Shown piece after piece: positions 35,614-51,114 of a stretch of DNA of 64,000 bases. Position 1 is the stretch's first letter. Every line of letters begins with the position of its first letter. The notes beneath the pieces were generated by a model that did not search any database, had not been told where the DNA came from, and worked only from the letters and a program-made list of their open reading frames with translations. Source of the DNA: Ophelia neglecta (lineage: Eukaryota); assembly GCA_965285935.1 (NCBI GenBank), contig OZ260662.1:98952001-99016000 (forward strand). Direction: 5' to 3'. A program made the translations under genes and the position numbers.

Positions 35614-37179
35614 TAATTGTGTGATCAATATAAACTATTTTAACAGAATTTGCCTTATGAATTGGGCTAACATTATAGGCACTACCATTGATTAAACTCT
35701 CATGTAAATATAATATGTATGTTCAAATAATGATTTTATACCTAGACACACCATTAACCCCCATCAATTTCTGAAAACTTACAGTATAAATAGAAACGGT
35801 TGTGACACAATCATCAACATGTTCCCCTATATAACAACACGAGCCGTCAGTAATTTCACTCCTAGAGAACTCTAGTAGATCGTGAGTAATATGTAGGAGA
35901 ACTATATTTAAACTTTACTATGATTATAAAGGTTTCGAATCTGTTGTAACGGATGTGACAGTGGCATTCAGACAAAGTCAAGCAAGCAGACATTTAAACA
36001 AATAAACAAAACAGCTTGACATCGTCAGTTTTAGTTTGGGTCATTTTTTTTGTGTTGACAAACATTCTATCCTTGTAATGTCTTTATCAATTCCCTTGGT
36101 AAACATGAACGCCTTGCTAACGGATGTGACATGAAATAAAAATACTCTGAAAGACTTATTCAATAGAATTTGTTCTCATCCGCCCGGCCCCACTGGACGC
36201 CCTAAGCCCATTTACAGATAATAATCATCCAACTACCATCCCAGATGAATACAACATATCTCTAGAATCTGTGCAGGCTAAATTATTTAACATAAACAAT
36301 CGCAAGACAATTGGACCTATATATATGAACTCTATAAAAGCATTATGATAATATTGGCATTGATAAAGTGCTCCTTTCATCGTTATTAGATGAGCTCAAT
36401 GGGAGCTTTTCAATGTAAAAAGGGAAATTTGCTATACATAAAATCTCAAATAATTGGTATAAACACGAATTTAAAAACAAAACTAGAAAAAATAAGTGGC
36501 ACGTAATTATTTCAAGCCAATCCGCAATTGAAAAAAAAACCAACCTTTGACATGTGTGACATGTCATTAATACATCATAACAACTAATTGTATTGCATTC
36601 TTCTACTATTTACCCATGTATATGTTGGTTCGTCATCATAACTTGACCTTATTTCGTGATATAGTATGTATTGTTTGTAAATATGTGACCTCAAAATAAT
36701 ATTTTAATCGAATCGAAGTATAATATTATACAATCATGTAACAATACTTAGATTTATAAAGAAAGGTAGGATATATTAATTTAATTAAAAGCACTGGAAT
36801 TAATAGACGAGTTGGATTTATTTTTACAAATTAAGTGCCAAACTCTCTGATATATACGCTTAGTGACAGCGAAATAAACTACACACAGTCACACTGTATA
36901 CTTAAAACTTTAAGTATATCTATATTCGCAATTCGAAACCAGGTGGACACATGAAGCATAAACAAATGCATACATTAAAAACATTGGGAGACCCAAGCGA
37001 TGCGGAATACTAAACTATTGCCTTGTAAAATTTTGTTTTTTAGTTTTCTACTGTCATGAAACAACTTGGAAATTAAACATTTTTTACACAGGCCTTACAC
37101 ATTTGGACCATAAACCAAGAATGAGACATTTAACGGTGACTGATGGAAAACGGTTTTTTAAATTTTTACTTCTCATTTT

Positions 37180-40100
37180 CTAGATGGAACCTTTGGGCAA
37201 AGGTTGTTGTTTTCTGTGTTCTTTTTGTCTAGTCCAATGTTGAGAACTACTCAGAGTTTCGTTTCTCGGGCTAAATAGGACATAATAATAGAAGAAGAAT
37301 ATAGTTGTTACGAAAATTCACAATTAATTGGCGAATCACATATCTATCACAAACGTATTAAAAACTAATAAATTCCCCCACAACCGTCGTAAGTATCCGA
37401 ATCATATTTTTAGGATAACATGGTAATTGATTTTAGGATGCATGCCTTGTGTACCATGCTTTAGTCCCGTTCTACTATTCTTATAGTAATCAACCGATGG
37501 CGCTAGTGCATAAATACCTATATGCACAAGGAAAATTAATACGATGCTAGCGGGGTAAACGACTGTGTTTGTCATCACATTCTGTCTTAATGACACTGGA
37601 TAGAATGCAGGTGGTTATTTAGTATATTTAATCATCCACTCGTTACATGCAGAATTGATACATGTATAATAATCATGTTTGTGTAGTGCTGTTGCAAACA
37701 ATTCGTTAACAATCGTGCTCTCTGTAATACATATAGATTAAACGTACAAATGTGGCCCCTAAATGACGGTCTCCACCCCATCCCCCAAAAGCCATAACAA
37801 CCTTCATTTCCTGTCGTGGAACCCTGGCCTGAATGGGTCTTTCTCTCAGTGGGAATCAATTTTCAGGGTTCAATACAAGGTCAACGCGTATCTTCTGGCG
37901 TATGAATATCATACTAGGCATGAAGAAACGATAAAATGCTAAGAATCTCATATTTACCTCCAGTCGTCATCTTTTTCAAATATTTTCCTTGTTATGCGTT
38001 TCTCCAATTCATCAAGAACATGCATTGTCTCTTCGTCAAATGGTGTACCTAGAAAACATGGAAATTTAAAGATGGCAAAATCATTTATTCAAAATATCAT
38101 CGAGTCATCACTAGGTGTTCGTCGTATAGCACAAGGCTAATATCGGTGTGCTGCCTTTTAAAGAGGAAAAAATGACAGCATAAAATAATGTTCAACGAAA
38201 AGCGCGGGCTATCCGTGTTTTTCGGTTTCATTTAATGGCAAAATTGATTATCCAGACGGGCGCAAATAACCGGCAGTCAAAGCAACATTATTATTGAAAT
38301 AATAAGAATAGTTCATTAAATCGGTCTGACTCCATCAGAAATCACCAACTGCGGACCAGCTGAGAGCAAGAGCAACATGATTTGTATGTTAAAGAGAAAA
38401 TGTAAATTAAATTGCTTTTTTTTGTAGTTTTGTTGTTACTTACAAAAGGGACTGTCCTTTGGTTTGCTAGCTTCTATGTTGCCGTCCTGTATTTGATGTC
38501 CAGTAATGGGTTGGGTGGTATTGCTTTTCTTTTTATCACTGTTCAGTCTTGTTTTGATTAATCCGCATATTTTCTTTGCGAGTGTCCACGCCATGCTCAA
38601 GATGTTCAACGGAGGTGGAAAAGCTGGGTTGTCGTAGAATTCATAGTTAACCAAGTACCAATGGTCCAGCCAAGTAACTTTGGCATTTTTCATCATGCGT
38701 TGGTACTTGGAACTGTGGAGACGGGGAAACTGCTCAGTTTCATGAAGATGCGATAATAAAAGAGAAGGTTTACGAAACAAAATATTATTGGGTTTTATTT
38801 TGTAGGACAAGTGCCATGAAGCCAAAAGTATAACAGACAATTATCTATAAGTTAAAAACTGTGAAAAGCGAAACGTTTATTGTAATATGTGCGCAAGCAG
38901 TCAAACAGATAACGCAAAGGAAATATGTTGATAACCTTATTAAAGAAAGAGTCAGCTTATAAATTATGGCAAACTGAAAGAAATAGACAGATATAGCCAC
39001 TGTTTGCTGGACCTATGAGTAATTTGGAAAGAATCGATCAAATTTATGCTCATATGATGGCATTTTCGAGTTCAAATTATTGAATGTCGGGTTTTAAAGA
39101 CAAAAAAATGAAATTTTACCTTGGGAGTTCATGGTTGGACTAAACCCTCTAGTACTTGTGAAACGATAGATGAATGTTTCTCAATAAACAGAAGACCAAA
39201 GATGGGTATCAAATACATATATTACCCATAGAAGAGGTTAAGGGTATATATCACACCGACAGAGCAAAAATAGTGTTAACTATTCAAGGTGAAACAGCCA
39301 CGATTTATTGTGACTAAACACTTATGTAGCTACCACTACATCAGTATGTATCAGATGTACAAATATCCTAGCCCTAGGGTGAACAGACCAGATCACTCAG
39401 ACGATTGTGTTCACACGGTGGCTTTTTTCAACTTAATAATAATCTTTAATAATTGATCTATTTAATCTAAAATATACAGGGTGTAGGATGACGTAATTAA
39501 GGTTATTTGGAATGAAGATTGCCGTAACAGAAAACTTAATAGACCGTTTTATATGAACAATAGAGGTAACAGATACAGGTAAATCATTTCATACTATCAG
39601 ATAAATACCAGTGTCATGCTTGTGCGTATTGGTTATTCCTGTTATGATTCCAGAGTTCTTGGTTAGCGCCTCTGGTGCTTAAGAGGAAAAACAATAAATC
39701 CGTCGTGTCTGTGTACGCCAGTCATTTTGATCCTGTAATTAATATTCTCATTCAGACCATCCGAAATATTTTACAAAGATTCTTCATCAAGAAAGACTAC
39801 CTGTCGTGGGTCATCTGATAGAAGGAAAGAACTTCATGTGTTTGTTTACCGTCGGCAAACCGACGGCCTAATATTTTTGGTAATGTTATTTCGATGTCCA
39901 TCGATTCGCCTTTGAAGATGTCGAATGGTCTCACCCATCTACAGGACCCCACAAACTGCCAATTATTATATATAGAGTATCTGTTGCATGACAACTAAGA
40001 TGAACAGCAGGCAGAAGTGATTTGGTTGTGTATACGTGTAAAAAGACTTGAACTGAGGGGAAAATTTATAAAAAGAATATGCTTCGCAACCTCGGAAGTT

Positions 40101-43100
40101 AAACATATAAATGGATTCTGAGGGATGTGGATATAAAAAAAGCAATCCTGCATTATGACACTGCAGAATTGTGTATGTGAGCGTTTATAATAACAATAAT
40201 ACTTTTGGCATTCAAAGAGTGCTCCTTTTCTCGTATATGTGCTCAATGGCGCTTTACAATTAAAAAGTATACGCAAAGAAGCAATTGAAATCGAATAAAA
40301 TACCATAAAAACGGATTTAAAAACAAAACTAAAAAAAGCCTTTCTTTGTCTTTCCAGCCATGTGTATCATTAATGAGTTGTGTTAAGCCGAAAATTTAAA
40401 ATGATGCATGTAAAAGTATAGTGCACCCGGTAGAGAAGTCCCAGGTAGAAACAAACCAGCTTCCTGAACAATTAGAAATCAGCCCCTCGTACATACAGCT
40501 AAAAACATGCCTATACACAGTTAAGGATATTGGGAAATCACGTTTGTGTGATGTCTGCAGTGAATGGTTCCTAATATTTAAAGCCCGATTCATTGGAAAA
40601 GTATTGATAAACCATTTTCCTTATCCCCTGCTTGACCTTGGACCAAGCACTATCCAGTGTAATATTATATTGCGCTAAATATAAAGAGATCACTTGGGAC
40701 CCCACTTAATGGAGAAACATATTAGGATAGTCCTTTTACGACAACGATAACCTTAGCCATCGCTTAATGCTCAGGACGTGCCCTTGGATAGACGCGCCAC
40801 CAAAATAAAACTATATCATGAGGCTTAACTTAAATTATAATAAAGGATCTTCCCATTGAAAATGATAAAAAACGCAAATCTATTTAGCATACCTATTGTC
40901 TATAACGATTGTCAGCTGTTAATCCAGAAATGTCGCTTAAGAGGCAAAATTGTCTTAAATATGTAACTTTATTCGCCGGATAAAAAACAAACCTTTCAAA
41001 TTTTAACGCAAGGAACCAAATTTGAGAATCTTACCTTACCATTCCTATAAGGAGATTTAGTAAAACAATATGAGTCAGCAATATGTATATTGTTAGCAAA
41101 ACCTCGGCCAACCAAGATGCTTTTGCACACCTAGGATATTCTTCAGGGTTAATTTGGTGTAGCGTCATATTGTTTGTACAAATACCAGTATCCCCGCCTG
41201 GCAGAACTATAACATATAGAATACTGAAGCCCATTAAAAAATACAGGTTTGAAATTTTAATGACTGGATATCTAAGTAAATAATTTATGTGTGTCTCCTG
41301 TCCCAATACGTTATTATTTAGTACGATTATATGTTGCATGCACGTGTTAAGATTGCATCAGTCTTTCAAACACTTACTTTGACCGCTTTCCTCGAACAAC
41401 TCTCCAAAAATATTCCAGTAAGGTTGATAAATGATACTCTATGAAGGCTGGTTGTTTGGAAAACGGAGGGAGTGGATTGATACTCCAAAGGCAAACATGA
41501 ACAATAAGAACATCAACATATACCGCATCATCTCAGCCAGCTGCAATCATATTACACACAATGATTGTCAATAATTAACCATTCAAACAAGCTGTAACTT
41601 AAAATAGCGAAATATACTATGCTTGATTTTATTCGAAGGAAATCGCAAATATGTACAACTTTCACCGAGCTTATGCATATTACTAAAATATAATTACAAG
41701 CTATGGGCAATGCTAAATTTTATTTGGAAATTAAATTAGGATTACTCTTACCATTTTACGTATCACGATCACTTTTGGCCCTATTGTTTTCCATGGATGA
41801 GTTACGTACGAAAACCGTATAAAGAACAATAAGAGTGCCGACGCATAGCTCATTCGGACCCAAACAAAATCTTCGGACTTAAGTTCGAACCTCAGAATGA
41901 CACAACATACCATTAAAAGATGCAATCTATTCCATTCACTATCGAGATACGTTTGCTTCTTATTGTATATGTGTGAATAAAAGTTTATATGTTTAACTTG
42001 CCCACAAAGAATATGTAAATAAATCGAGATAAATGTCACATTTTAATGGGGTAAGAATAAATGTACTTTTAAAACCCAAGTTTGGAAACAAGCAATTGTG
42101 TCCGTTCGTGTCTACAGGGAAAACCAACGTTTATTTACATTATGCTATTATTAATCTTCAAATTAGTACGGATATTATTTTGTTATATATATCTGTCATT
42201 CTTTTTGTCGAAGGGGAAAATACAGTATCATTCTTCTTGCCCATTTACCAAGTAAAACTGAGCATTTTTAATGCGAGTGTTTACAAACTGTGTGCATTAA
42301 AAAGTGTATAAGTAAAATGTTGATGATATGTAATATTTTATACAGTTTATTTATAAACATCAACATTATAAAATGCATTGCGTCATTCACTCCGTTATAT
42401 AGCGTATAAAAAGATATCCTAAATGGTAGCGGTGTACAGAAATTCAAAATTCAAGCATAGTCTGCGTAAATATTCAGTGCTTTCTACACATGGATACAAA
42501 TATTATCAAATGTTTTCTTGTCCTGTGAATTTAACATACTCATCAATTTAATTTTTAATGCCTCCCGGGTGTATGTTTCCATATTTCAACCGTTTGTCTT
42601 AAAGGACACACTCCAACATAAAGAGCTCCTCAGTTTCTATTTTATTACAAGTAATTCCAGTCGGTATCAGAATTAAATACCTACAAAGGCACGGGGTCAA
42701 GGTCAGCACAATGGGAAACATGTGGTATGCAGAGTGGAAGTTTAAACACCACGAATTAACCAAACATAGCAAAATAACAGAAAAGCGGATATTCGTGGAC
42801 ATAAAGAGTTTGATATTGTGTGAAATAACATTTTGTTGGCTATTTATCATAAACCTGGTATGTTGAATGGAAACCTGTCAACAGTGTAGGACTGTATGTC
42901 TGAATAATATTTTTGTATCGAAGCTTGTCACAAATTCAGTATGACAATCTTTTTCATTGTGATTAGTGCAGTAAATAGTTAATGTAGTTAGTTCTCAACT
43001 CATTGCGTTTGATAACATCTTTTCTGTCTGTCCTTATACGTATGTAATAAGTACATGTCGAAAACAGAAGAATGTGACCTATAAAATGCATGCGTAGTAA

Positions 43101-46100
43101 TCATTTGGAAAAAGTGATTGTCTAACACAGCAGTCTGACAACGTGTATAAATACTATTCTAGTTTTTAATCATTTAAGTAAGGTAAGGAAACCTTTTCTG
43201 GATATAGTTAGGACCAGGCGTTCCTCCGTTGCAAAAGATTCTTCCCACACACATGTTTGTTTATTTAGTTACTAGTGAGTAAACATTTGTTTCTGCATGG
43301 CGGTTTAAATATGTGAATACCTTTTATGAAAAGAAGAGTTATCTTTTTGATGTTGATGTTGTTTATTGCCGAGGGGTATTTACAGTATCATACTAGAAAT
43401 ATTAAATAACAAGAACTAATCATACAGGCTTCGGCTAGAAGAAAAACAAAAATCGGAACAATTATTAAGCATAGAACACAAAGCATTACAGAAATAAATT
43501 AATAAATTGTAATATCATTACACTGAAGGTATGATTTAATGAAAGCAGTGGAATCCTCAAGGCTATTGGAGCAGAAGCAGAGTGCTTACTAGTCCCATTA
43601 CAGGTATTTTACTAAATTACTTTGGTCGTACACAACGGGTGCATAGACATAAATGGCTCACATGTCTATACAATGAAAAGGATGGCTTAACTAGTCTTTT
43701 AAAAACTGATAAAAGTTACATTACTGTTTGCAAATAGCTCAAATTAAATACATTTTATTCTGCACATGCATGGAATGCTTTATAGTATGTGCTCCTTGTT
43801 GCTCCACGCGCACACAAACCCATAACTCTCTCCTTATGTACATCGTGGTATGTGCATGTTTATGTATTTTGCGTACTATTGCGTAATGAACCGTTTTTAA
43901 AACAAAATGTTTGTCGGTTGAAGCCCCGAGAAGTGCCCTACATGTATAGGAGGCCACCTCACGTCATTTAAAGACTGAAATATCGAAACAAGTGCAATTT
44001 CAATCTGGGCTATACGTGATATGAGTCTATATGTTATTATATCATATATCATATGCAGCCTTTTTATTATATTCAACCATAATACTTTGATTCATCCATA
44101 TCAGGACTACTGAATTAAAATCTATGTCAGTAAAGTTGATGGTTTACCCACCTGTCAAATTTCTTCTGCGAAGGTTGTGCCAGCCCATATCCAGACTATA
44201 TACTCAATAACACTTATGCTCTGCTCACTTTTAGGTCCTAGAATGGTCAGTATGAAGAAACTAAACAGGGACAGAAACACTACTTGGGAAAGCTGCAATA
44301 AGATAAAAGGAAAAAATAAGGGTTATTTATGGAACCACCTGTAACATAATCACCTACCCTACCCTTATATCTCATTACAAATATTAAATGATATACAGCA
44401 TATAAATAAGCATATTATCTCCTCATTAGCTTACAAAAGAAAACAATTAGCTCATCATAGTAAGATATCCGGTTAAAACTTTGACCTTATTTTATTTACC
44501 GCGTAATAGTAAAACTTGATCATCGGGGTTGTGTAGAAGAATGTGAGAGGCGTGACACGGGACCAATTGGTAATGTCCAAAATGTCGACGCCAAAACAAT
44601 TCTTAGCAGTCGAGTAAAGGCATTCTTCTGAAATTGGTGCCTTCTTGTCGTCCTGTTTGTCCTCTCTCGGTGCTTCAGGGACACCAGTATCGGTATCATT
44701 GGGAGCTAAACCGGATGCCCCTTTTATAGCATTATCTTTGTTAAATGCAGTCTGGATCTCTTTCATAATTCTTTTAGTATCCTTCGTGTATTTTGCAAAA
44801 CAGAGATGAAAGGGAAATATCGTGGCAAATAGCATCTGAAATAAAAGCCACCTTACGTTAAGTAGATTTGAATGTTGCGCATTACCTTTAAACTATATTC
44901 TTACATCGATTTATGAGCACAATGCCTCACCCTCTGAGCTGGAATTTCCAAAAAGAAACCCTGCCATACATGGAATAGGCGTTGCTCAAAGGCGGCGGTT
45001 CCTATAATATCAGTACATTTAATTTTGTATGAAATAGTCATCAGAGAGAACGGCTCCCATTCGTTCAACCAGGGCTCTTCTAGCCTCCTATAATAAACAT
45101 TGTAATTTAACCAACAGCACGGTAGAGTTGAAACAATTATTTGATATTTTGGGGAGGGGGAGGGGCTGGGGAGAAAATGTCCAACAATAAATCATGAAAT
45201 ATTAAATATCAAATATTAAATATATATTTTATGACATTACTTCATGAAATGATTAAATTGGTCAAATCACATTAGAAATTTGTCTCTGTGAATTATTAAT
45301 TATATAATTAGTTCAATAAAATAAGGTGAATTCAATATAAAATACTTCATTTTGTCCAATTGTAATGACGACGTGTATTCAATAAATGAATAAATTAATA
45401 AGAGTGGTAAACCTTTAGATACATTCAATGCATATATTCAACGTTACTTTTTGATTGTTAAATGCAAAAACGAAATGCCTTGTTATGAATATTTAGTCAT
45501 CGGCATGCTTAACCTTCTTACATTTAATGACAAGCATGGACTTGATACCAAATCAAATTTACTGAATTGCAAATATCATTTTGCCTATTATATATATTGA
45601 CCTATGGCAAAAGCCGTTCAACAAAATAATCAACCGGTATCTTCCCAGTTTACATTCGTGCAACACACTAAAGGCAGAACAAACAGCCTAGACAAGCTGA
45701 TCCACATGATCGAAACAGGGAAATGCACAGGTGCGAACAAGTACAATATAATATATAGTACAGTATAATAATAATAATAATAAAGTATGCAATGCCAAAG
45801 GGAACTGGGCACAAGAGTGCATGTGTTCCATCATCAGTGACGTTATATTGATATAGGTATATAATATGTGGTGCGATGTGCTCACGAGTAGAAATGAAAA
45901 GGATAGCGCATAGCCTACTATACAGATACAAATAATGCCAAGTAGCCCAATTTGTTCATAGATCAAAATTAATATTAGCATTTAGATTATAAAGACAAAA
46001 AATATTTTTTAAAGTTAAATAAAGATATTTTAAACAAGTAAATAGTTTTCAAATTTAACAAGCCTAGTTGTTTAAAGATTGGTCCAGTGTGCTCCTTAAC

Positions 46101-48829
46101 TTTAGAAAATATTATTATACGCAATGCCCTTTTCTGAAGTTTAAATATAGACTCAAGTGAAGTTTTGGCAGCTGATCCCCACATCTCAATACAATAATTG
46201 AAGTAAGGTAAGACAAAAGATTAACTTAAACTTAACTTAAGGCTTAAGAGTAATTCAAATGGCCTGTCTTGCCGGGCCACAAGTTTGCCAAGCAACTCAA
46301 AAACACAATGCCCCTTGCAAAAACATGAAATAATGGCTGCAATAGGGCAGGATAGGCAGTGTGTTTTGTATTAGCGAAAGAATTTTATTTATATCACCGT
46401 AGTGTTATGACTACTCAATTAATTTGGTTCAAACCATTTAAACGTTTAAAACATGACACTTTTTTGAATGCTCAGAAACGCATTCTTAGCACATATCAAC
46501 AACGTATTATGTTCAACGGTAAGTGTTGGAGTAAAATATTTCAACCATTTACCTTATTACAAGCTGCACTGCTTGGCCTGGATTTTCTCTGTAACATTTG
46601 TTTAGCACTTCAGCAGCTAATATTTGCAGCCTTCTGTAAGTAAATACAATATGAGTCCAGTCAGATGTTGTTTCTATGTGACATCTGGAAAGGGAATTAC
46701 CTATTTTCTATAAAATAAATTACACTTCATATAAACTTCTGCCTTAACCTTTTAAATACATAGATTAAAAAAAAAACTTTTATGACACACAGTCACTCCC
46801 GTAAGGATGTATATAAACTAAATAATAAGCAATGTTTGTCAACATAGGCCTACGATTTACGTCGGCCCATGGCTGTAGTTCTACAATATTAGTTCAAGAG
46901 AATGATGTTTATTTAGCAGATAACCAGATAACCCTATTGTTGGGCACGTAAATTAATGACGAACTCGTTTAAAAACACACATTTTTTTCAACTTCAAAGT
47001 AGCTCTACTTTTCGGACTCGGGAGGATGACACGTTCAGAATGAAGAAGAAATGAAGGCATACTTTTCAACCAAAACCAGGCAGCTGAGAGTATTAATCCT
47101 AATTCAATGTACAGTATGCACACAATACCGTTCCAGATGCAGCTCAGATATACTATTAAAGCTTTGATTTTATTGAATTCTATTTTATAATGACCAAATT
47201 ATTACACACATGAACTATCCTGCTATGAACTATTGCTGCCTAAAACAATAGTCAGTGTGGACGAAAGCACAAATGAACACCAAGTCACAATGGCACATTT
47301 ACTCAATACCAATTAGGAATTAGCATTTAGACATTAACATTATAAAGCAAAGAAATAAATCAGAGATCCATGTGTACCGAATAAATATATACTAAAATAC
47401 ACTTTGGCAACATAAAGTTATAATATGCATATAAATGAAGGCCCTATATAAAATCATAAAATATAGTACATCTACTGCAGGTCACAATTATGGTAGATCA
47501 ATTCGAATTCTAAATATCAATAGGACAATCGAGCTGCGAATGGGACAAATATAAAAGTTAAATATTCTGGAATGTTGGATGTGAAATGGACATACAAAAT
47601 GGTGTGTAGTCAGTACCCTATTCCATAAGTCGGAATTGTATAATGGGAAAATATTAGGCAACCTTCTTGACTTATGATCTTCAACGATGAAAGATAATTG
47701 TACTTATGCTCTAGTTGATTTCTGTTTCCCGAAGTTCGTGATAATTTCTATTGACTTTCAATTATGTTTTTCTTTTGGTAGTAAAATGGATATTGCTCGT
47801 TCAGCATTTATCAAATATATTCCTTCGACACACTTTTAACCAGAACTCCTATGTTTGCGTCGTAATCTCAAACTGAGCAAAGGACTTGAAGTATGTGTTT
47901 CTGAGCAATTTCCATACTCAAACATTATTTATCTGCTTGGTTATCCAATAATGTAGAAGCATTACTTTTAAGAACATTATCATTTCTTGTCAGTTCTTGA
48001 GCAGCCAGGCTACAAGCTACCAAGTAACAATTTCTACATGTCAAGTAAATGAAAGTATAAAATACACGTTTTAAGTGCAATTCAATTTCTATACAATTAC
48101 CTTTGTTCCTTTTATGTAACCTGACTGTTAAAATGCCATTTTAGGTAATATTATAATAAATATAATCACAAATTACCGGGACACATTATTGTCAATTCCT
48201 TTTGTCATCAACTGATAAAATTAGTTCTCCAAAGAAACTTAGCTCCAAGAAACCACCAAATGGCCCTCCCCTGCTTGACGGAATATGCCCTGCCGATGAC
48301 ATAGTTCCGGGTTTTAGAGTTTGTATGAATTTACAAATATTTGTTTACAAATAAATTTGATTAACCTGAACAAATGTATAACCGACTAACATACCTTGCT
48401 ATTTGTTCGGCCTCCTCGTAAAACGTACGGTGGTGACGTTTTTTCATAAAATAATACAGCTTTAATAAGTAATCGCTCGCAAACAACAAGGTGGCTTGAC
48501 GTTGGTGGAAACAAAGACTTTATGTCAAAAGCGTAGCTCGTTATAAGTGATTTATGTATGAAATACAGCAAACGGTGCTTCTGTTGAAATTAGACAGTAT
48601 AAATGTGATTCACGCAGCGCTCGATTTTATGCTTAAATAGAATCTCCAGATTAAAATGTTCATTAATAGAAGAACATAGTTGTGAAAAAAGAAATGGGAA
48701 AAAACCTGTCACATACGAATGACGACCCAAACTTACCTATTGGATACTTTACTTGTAGAATGCAATGTCGCACCAAACGTTCTCTATTGAAAAACAATCC
48801 CGAAACGAGTATCCTCTTGACAGCGCATT
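37180..48829 (-). pseudogene. TRPM-like copy B, pseudogene (homologues of exons 7-18)
   Basis: Exons at 48737-48829, 48395-48494, 46553-46633, 44931-45087, 44500-44835, 44152-44292, 41752-41970, 41378-41540, 41035-41206, 38444-38712, 37958-38048, 37180-37270. Lesions: EEIRQ becomes EEI*Q (TGA, 44155-44157); acceptor AG becomes AC (41971-41972); 12-nt deletion removes DLAV; W becomes TAG (41439-41441) plus another 12-nt deletion; shifted last exon. Confidence 0.9.
45385..46225 (-). mobile_element. CR1/L2 LINE 3' fragment, arm-B-specific, in intron 9
   Basis: YFNYCIEMWGSA…IFKLQKRALRII…HTGPIFKQLGLL. Confidence 0.8.
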
Positions 48830-49979
48830 CTTCAGTGGAAAGCAAGTTATATTTTAATTACTTTGTACTTATTACATTGCTAGTTGCTTATTTCATATTT
48901 CTTACTGGTCCGTCCTTACAAAATTGTATACAAAGATAGGACTTTAAAATATCCCACCGAAGTTTTTTCTATTTTATGATCTGATAGAAGGCATATATTC
49001 AGCTAAAATTAGTTAAACTTTACGTTTAGTGGAACAACTCATGACTACGAAAAATATTGCTAATACCAATTGATGTCAATTTAATGGATAAACTTGTCCC
49101 CTTAGCAATGCACATATTACAGTCCTTTCGGTGTGTATACATAATTTGAAACATTTATTGCAATGATGGCTGTTTTACACTACTTACATATTTATACTAT
49201 GAATCGTTCTTGCCAGCTGATGGTTCATGATTGCTATACAAGAAGCACATGAAACTAACGAAAAACAATAGAAAAAAGCCACGCCATTAAATTAAAAACA
49301 ATAAAGAATATACGAGAATAACTTCAACACCATAGAAACAGCACTTCAAGTAACACAATAATATTAAATTATACATTTATACATATGTAACTTTAATTGC
49401 CGTTTTAATAAAATATCTATTTTATACACAACACCCCAGATATGTACATAATTCTAAGATGAATAAAATACATACACAAATCAGATATAAAGACAATAGG
49501 GTTGAGAAGCAGTGATGCGCTTATAGGCCCTTTAAGTTGATTATGAATTTAGTATTGACTTTAAACTGGGTTTTATTGTATGAGGATCGCTGGTATGCCC
49601 TCCCGGAGGCGAGGATAAAGTTCCAACTGTCGAGACCGGTCACGAGCGATTACGCTGGCACCAGGAAAGAACAACTGTCGTTCCCCACTTACATATTAAC
49701 GTATAATCACGGAGTGCGTGTTGAACTCTTTTAAACGTAGATTTTCATTTGCACATTAGAGAAAAGGACAATACAAAGGTGACACATAGGTGCATAGCCC
49801 CAGTGGAATCCCGCTCTAAAGTCATCATCATGGTTTGAAACGATTAGAAAACATGTTTCTCATCGCAAAGATGCTTTTCACAGAGCTGGCCTGTCGGCGC
49901 CGGTCTAGTACTGCTAGGGCGGCCCGCGCCCGTCTGCCACCCAAACCACCCAAACTAGTTGAAATTCCGTAATCATATT

Positions 49980-51100
49980 CACTGCCAAACAATGCCGAAA
50001 ATCCGACGGTTTGGACAGAAACACCTTTGATGATGGGAGTTCATGGACAGTTGTAATCGTATTTTACGTACGTGCTTGTATATCAGTTTATAACGAGCTT
50101 AGTGTATAACAGTGATGATGGAGAGAATTTTGTATACGGTTGTTACCGGGAAGAACCAGCTATTATACGAAGTGCTTCTTTTTTAATGTTCATGTGAGTG
50201 TCCAAATATGAATTGTAGGTTCCTCCCCAGATTTCAAGGCAGAAACTGAGGTGTACTAACTAAGCCTAGGACACAGTTGTCGTCATCTATCGCATTGGAC
50301 AGTCTATCCGCCAAAAGTGTCAGAGCAAGAACTTTTTCGTCTAAATCCACAATGAAGGTCTATTATAATGTCGTTTTGGTTACTAAAGAAGTTGGCGATT
50401 TACATTAGGTTTTTCCAATAATTATAAGAAGAAAGGCGGGACAGCGACTAGATTTCTCAAAAAATTCTTTCTCCACTAATGGAAATTGCGGTGATTCCAG
50501 CAGGTTTAAATTATTGTGGCAATATATAATTACTGATAGAAAGGTTCATGATATGAGTTATTGGCGTTAAGACTGGTTTGATATATTTCGCAATAATATT
50601 GGAATATGAATATTGAATCCTAGCCAGAGACTACATCCTAAGAGAGGTTTACGATGTTCAGTATTTCTTATTATTCGACTGGAGCCATGAATATTGAGAA
50701 TGAAAACAGGATAATGATCAGTGGTTTCTAGGATGCCGTTTAAAGCACTACAAGGAAGCTGTTAATCTAGTAATCTTTGTCGGCTTGTTCATAGAAGGAT
50801 GGAAGGTAACAATGAGTGGCTAAACATATGGTCAATTAAGTTTGAAGTTTTGGGGTGACTCCTTCATTAACTATATTAAAGTCTGCCATTAAATAGTAAG
50901 ATTTAGACTCGGTTTTAACCATTAAGGGGACATTGCGTAGATTTCCATTCAATACTGAATTGTCGGTGTTTGGAGGATGATAGGTGACACCCACTTCTGT
51001 ATTATGGCCAAGTTCATATGAAGTTTTATCAATTTCAGTGTAGACAGATTCGCGGTGGTTATTAAAACCAGTAAGTCTTTTATGAGATTAAGTTTAATAT
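49980..51100 (-). mobile_element. Degenerate CR1/L2 LINE, paralogue of 8170-9330
   Basis: Reverse-complement match within the duplicated arm. Confidence 0.65.
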
Positions 51101-51114
51101 CATCCTTAACAAAA

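Noticed and set aside
16295-44835. ORF-track entries such as 16295-16657, 21156-21584 and 41731-42039 as separate small genes
   Set aside because: They are exons of the TRPM-like genes with read-through into introns.
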